A stretch of DNA of 64,000 nucleotides from an uncultured Pseudomonadota bacterium (GTDB taxonomy: Bacteria > Pseudomonadota > Alphaproteobacteria > Acetobacterales > Acetobacteraceae). Below are positions 60,285 to 64,000 of this stretch, piece after piece. The notes below the pieces were generated by a model. That model had not been told where the DNA came from and made no database searches. It was given only the letters and a program-made list of their open reading frames with translations. Both the position numbers and the translations under genes were made by a program. Numbering within the stretch: the first letter of the stretch is position 1; each line of letters opens with the position of its first letter. Location of the stretch: contig CAWHKR010000017.1 of NCBI GenBank assembly GCA_963829875.1, positions 6,057-70,056 of the forward strand. The letters are read 5' to 3'.

Positions 60285-61947
60285 GCACGTAGGTCCCCGG
60301 GGCGTCGGCCAGCGGCGGGAAGTCCTGGCTGCCCATGGGTGGCGGCGGGCCGGGCGGGCCGGAGCGGGCGGCCAGGAACTCCGCCCAGGCCGGCCACCAG
60401 GAGCCTTCCCGCGGCGGCGTTCCGGCCAGGAATTCCTCCGGCCCCAGGTAGCGCTCGCCGTGCTGGCGGCGGGACAGCCGGTAGTGCCGGTGCGGGTGCC
60501 CCGGCTCGCTCACCACGCCCGCGTTGTGTCCGCCCGAGGTCAACACGAAGCTCAGATCCCCGTCGTTCAGCAGGTGCAGCTTGTACACCGATCGCCAGGG
60601 CGCGATATGGTCCGTCTCCGTCCCCACCACGAAGAACGGCGCGCGGATATCGGCCAGCGAAACGGGCCGGCCCTCGATCGGGAAGTGCCCCTCGGCCAGG
60701 TCGTTGTCGAGGAACAGCCGATGCAGGTACTCGCGGTGCATCCGCGCCGGCATCCTGGTGCCGTCGGCGTTCCAGGTCATCAGGTCGTTCGGCAGGTCCC
60801 GTTCGCCCAGCAGGTAGCTGCGCACGGCGCGCGACCAGATCAGGTCGTTGGAGCGCAGCAACTGGAACGCGCCGGCCATCTGCCGGCTGTCCAGATAGCC
60901 CTGCGCGGTCATCAGGTCGTCGAGGAAGTCGAGCTGGTCCTCGGTGATGAACAACTGCAGCTCGCCCGCTTCGGTGAAGTCGGTCTGCGCGGCGAACAGG
61001 GTGATGCTGGCCAGCCGTTCGTCGGCCTCGCGCGCGAGGCCGGCGGCGGCGATCGAGAGCAAGGTTCCGCCCAGGCAATATCCCACCGCATGCGTCTTCG
61101 CCGCGCCGGTGATCGCGCCCACCGCGTCCAGCGCCGCCAGCACGCCCATCCTTCGGTAGTCGTCGAGCGAGCGCTCGCGCTGCGCTTCGGTCGGGTTGCG
61201 CCAGGAGATCGCGAACACGGTGTGGCCCTGGGCCACCAGCCAGCGGATCAGCGAGTTCTCCGGCGACAGGTCCAGGATGTAGTATTTCATGATCCAGGCC
61301 GGCACGATCAGCACCGGCTCGGGGCGCACCTGGGGCGTGCTGGGCGCGTACTGGATCAGCTCGATCAGCTCGTTGCGGAACACCACCTTGCCGGGCGTGG
61401 CGGCGATTTCGGTGCCGACCCGGAATGCGGTGTCGTCGGGCCGTCCGCGCAGCGCCTGTTGCAGGTCGCGCAGGAAATTGGCGGCGCCGGTCGCGAGGTT
61501 GCGCCCGCCGCTGGCCGCCGTGGCCTCGATCACCTCCGGGTTGAGCCAGGGGATGTTGGAGGGGGAGAAGATGTCGAGCCACTGCCGCGCGGTGAAGGCG
61601 ACGATGCGGTCGTTGGCCCGCGTGGTGCCTTCCGGCGCGGTGGCGGCCTCGCGCCACCATTCCTCGGTGAGCAGGAACGCCTGATGCATCAGGTGGAACG
61701 GCGGGTTCTGCCAGCCCGGGGCGGCGAACCGGCGATCGCCGGGCAAGGGGGCGATGACGGTGGCGCCGGTCTCCACCACCTCCGCCAGCCGCCGTCCCTG
61801 GTGCAGCGCGGCGCGGGCGAGGCCGAGGCGGCGGAACGGGGCGTTGGCCAGATGGGTGGCCCAGTCGAGCCAGGCGAGCCCGAGCGCGGTCGGCGACAGG
61901 CCGAGCGTGGCCCGGCCTTCGGCGGCGTGCACCAGGTTGTCGAGCAC
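60274..61947 (-). CDS. phaC: Class I poly(3-hydroxyalkanoate) synthase PhaC; the N-terminus probably extends to ATG 62041 through a +1 frameshift in a C-run
   Basis: Lipase box GYCLGG, FAAQTDF, TWNADGTRMP, and GHNAGV with the catalytic His context. GTG 61947 gives 557 aa. ATG 62041 has AGGA 8 nt upstream. 60274-62041 is 1768 nt = 3n+1, i.e. about 589 aa after removing one C at about 62008-62032. Confidence 0.8.
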   Translation of the reverse strand: MLDNLVHAAEGRATLGLSPTALGLAWLDWATHLANAPFRRLGLARAALHQGRRLAEVVETGATVIAPLPGDRRFAAPGWQNPPFHLMHQAFLLTEEWWREAATAPEGTTRANDRIVAFTARQWLDIFSPSNIPWLNPEVIEATAASGGRNLATGAANFLRDLQQALRGRPDDTAFRVGTEIAATPGKVVFRNELIELIQYAPSTPQVRPEPVLIVPAWIMKYYILDLSPENSLIRWLVAQGHTVFAISWRNPTEAQRERSLDDYRRMGVLAALDAVGAITGAAKTHAVGYCLGGTLLSIAAAGLAREADERLASITLFAAQTDFTEAGELQLFITEDQLDFLDDLMTAQGYLDSRQMAGAFQLLRSNDLIWSRAVRSYLLGERDLPNDLMTWNADGTRMPARMHREYLHRLFLDNDLAEGHFPIEGRPVSLADIRAPFFVVGTETDHIAPWRSVYKLHLLNDGDLSFVLTSGGHNAGVVSEPGHPHRHYRLSRRQHGERYLGPEEFLAGTPPREGSWWPAWAEFLAARSGPPGPPPPMGSQDFPPLADAPGTYVHEH

Positions 61948-62307
61948 GGCGAGCTGCGACAGCGCCGCCGACCCGTCGGCCGACGCGTCGGCCGGGGTGG
62001 AACCGACCCGGGGAGAGGGGGGAGGGGGTGCGTGCGTTCATGACGTGAGTCCTGCCGGCTTCCGGGCGCGGCGCATTGAGCGAGATCAACAGGGGCGGCC
62101 GAGGGGACGGGACGCTCCGGCGGCCATCCTCTTTTATATTGCACCGCAGCAGAAACTGCCGTATCCGAGGGCATTCGAACGGACCCGGTGAGATCCCGGG
62201 TGGCTTTTCCGGCCGCCAATCCGCCGGACCACGCGATTTAAAGGACAGGCCGGCCGCCGCATCGATCGATGGCGGACGCGCGCGCCCTCCTGCGGACCAC
62301 GCACATC

Positions 62308-63792
62308 ATGAATTTTCTTGCTTCCCTGCTTCGCGGATGGCGATCGAACGTCCGCGCCGATGCGCTGTCGGGCGTCGTCGTCGCGCTTGCGCTCATCCCC
62401 GAAGCGATCGGCTTTTCGGTTGTCGCCGGCGTCGCCCCCGAGGTCGGGCTCTACGCCTCGGTGGTGATCTCCTGCGTCATCGCCTTCACCGGCGGGCGGG
62501 TGGCGATGATCTCGGCCGCGACCGCCTCGACCGCCGTGCTGATGACGGGGATCGTGCACGATCACGGCGTGCAGTACCTGTTCGCCGCGACCATCCTGAT
62601 GGGCGTGTTCCAGATCGTCGCCGGCGTCCTGAAGCTCGGCCGGCTGATGCGGTTCGTCTCCCGCTCGGTGCTGACGGGGTTCGTCAATTCGCTGGCGATC
62701 CTGATCCTTCTGGCCCAGCTGCCGCAGATGGTTCACGTGCCGCCGGTCACCTACGGGCTGATCGCGCTCGGGCTTGCCATCATCTACCTGTTCCCGCGGG
62801 TGACGCGGGCGTTTCCCTCGCCGCTGGTCGCGATCGCGGCGGTCACAATCGTGTCGGTGTCGTTTCATCTTGACGTGCGCACGGTGGCCGATCTCGGCGC
62901 GCTGCCCTCGACCTTGCCGCACTTCGGCCTGCCGCAGGTGCCCTTCACGATGGCGACCTTGCGGATCCTGGCGCCGGTGGCGCTGACCATGGCCGCGGTC
63001 GGGCTGCTCGAATCGCTGCTGACGGCGCAGATCGTCGACGACATGACCGATACGCCGAGCAACAAGAACCGCGAATGCATGGGGCAGGGGATCGCGAACA
63101 CGGCCGCGGCGCTGTTCGGCGGGATGGGCGGCTGCGCGATGATCGGGCAGACCGTCATCAACGTGTCCTCGGGCGGGCGGGGGCGGCTGTCCACCCTGGT
63201 CGGCGGCGCCTTCCTGCTCGCGCTCCTGGTGGCCCTGCAGGGGGTCCTTGCCGTGGTGCCGGTCGCCGCGCTTACCGCGGTGATGATCATGGTGTCGATC
63301 AACACCTTCTCCTGGAGCTCGATCCGGCAGCTGCGCACCAATCCGCCGGCGTCGTCGGTGGTGATGCTGGCGACGGTGGTGACCGTCGTCGCGACCACCG
63401 ATCTGGCGCTGGGCGTGCTGGTCGGGGTGCTGCTGTCGGGCCTGTTCTTCGCCGGCAAGGTCTCGCGCCTCAGCCACATCAGCTCGACCTTGTCGGCGGA
63501 CGGGCGGGAGCGGGTCTATGTTGTGACGGGCCAGGTGTTCTTCGCTTCGGCGGACACGTTCGCGGACGCGATCGACGGGCTGGAGACGGTGGAGCGGATC
63601 GTGATCGACGTGAGCGCCGCCCATTTCTGGGACATCTCGGCGATCGGCGCGCTCGATCGCGTGGTGCTGAAGGCGCGGCGCAGCGGGCGCGCGGTGGAGG
63701 TGATCGGACTGAATGCGGCCAGCGCGACGATGGTCGAGCGGTTTGCCGTGCACGACAAGACGGACGCGGTGCCGGCCCTGGCGACGCATTGA
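62308..63792 (+). CDS. SulP-family anion transporter with a C-terminal STAS domain
   Basis: [52 protein letters not shown], and the STAS tail [14 protein letters not shown]...[18 protein letters not shown]. The ATG at 62308 (MNFLASLL) is preferred. Confidence 0.85.
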   Translation: MNFLASLLRGWRSNVRADALSGVVVALALIPEAIGFSVVAGVAPEVGLYASVVISCVIAFTGGRVAMISAATASTAVLMTGIVHDHGVQYLFAATILMGVFQIVAGVLKLGRLMRFVSRSVLTGFVNSLAILILLAQLPQMVHVPPVTYGLIALGLAIIYLFPRVTRAFPSPLVAIAAVTIVSVSFHLDVRTVADLGALPSTLPHFGLPQVPFTMATLRILAPVALTMAAVGLLESLLTAQIVDDMTDTPSNKNRECMGQGIANTAAALFGGMGGCAMIGQTVINVSSGGRGRLSTLVGGAFLLALLVALQGVLAVVPVAALTAVMIMVSINTFSWSSIRQLRTNPPASSVVMLATVVTVVATTDLALGVLVGVLLSGLFFAGKVSRLSHISSTLSADGRERVYVVTGQVFFASADTFADAIDGLETVERIVIDVSAAHFWDISAIGALDRVVLKARRSGRAVEVIGLNAASATMVERFAVHDKTDAVPALATH

Positions 63793-64000
63793 GCGGGGGA
63801 TTGCGCCGTGGGTTCCTGCGCGGCGACGTCGTCGCCGGCCGCGTCGGTCCCACCCTTTCGATCGCGGCGGCGGGATCGACCGACGGTCGCCGTGCGGTCG
63901 GCGAGGGGCTTGTGCGGCTTCCGGCGTGCCGGCCCATCGAAGCCGGGAAGCACGGCAGGAGTGGTCTCGATGATGGCCTGGCGCGTTCCGGACCCTGCGG

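Noticed and set aside
63793-64000. Possible gene at the right edge of the window (ORFs 63479-63937, 63516-63953 and 63713-63973).
   Set aside because: All three overlap the SulP 3' end or translate to Arg/Pro-rich sequence with no recognisable family. There is too little sequence to support a call.

Overview
This is a high-GC chromosomal segment (roughly 68-70% G+C by eye, not computed) that looks alphaproteobacterial, possibly Rhodospirillales or Acetobacteraceae, though that is a weak inference. It carries about 50 genes and one tRNA. I found no rRNA, CRISPR array, transposase or integrase. Main content: (1) A 17.6-kb minus-strand operon of seven genes for alpha-glucan and trehalose metabolism, glgE-treS/pep2-glgB-glgX-treZ-malQ-treY. 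Most junctions overlap or are a few bases apart, and the operon ends next to tRNA-Glu(CUC). Its GlgE carries an extra ~450-aa N-terminal unit that looks like a degenerate GH13 domain. (2) Divergent from that operon, across a 1.28-kb gap of lower GC with no convincing coding sequence, lies a c-di-GMP enzyme of about 1,375 aa. Its domain order is GAF-GAF-GAF-GGDEF-sensor globin-GAF-EAL, and I consider it the most unusual protein in the window. (3) A higA-like antitoxin gene is tandemly duplicated. One copy follows an intact COG3657-type toxin and the other follows a decayed toxin stub. A 183-bp palindromic array of decamers separates the two units. (4) An apparent operon encodes a YmdB-like phosphoesterase, a RuBisCO-like protein and a cupin. 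(5) There are two LIV-type ABC importer gene sets with no binding-protein gene, and a marR-response regulator-histidine kinase operon. Housekeeping genes include ilvE, pdxH, fabI, aroC, ggt, mltB, rlpA, dacC, tmk and rmuC. Also present are an overlapping phaC-pta pair and SulP, DMT and MFS transporters. (6) A GC-rich hairpin family sits at three operon ends, one of them truncating a CitE/HpcH-like gene remnant. One caveat affects everything above. At least five genes (treY, treZ, the GGDEF-EAL gene, mltB, dacC), and probably two more (the GT39-like gene and phaC), are interrupted by exactly one extra base. This looks more like systematic insertion error than biology, but it needs read-level verification.
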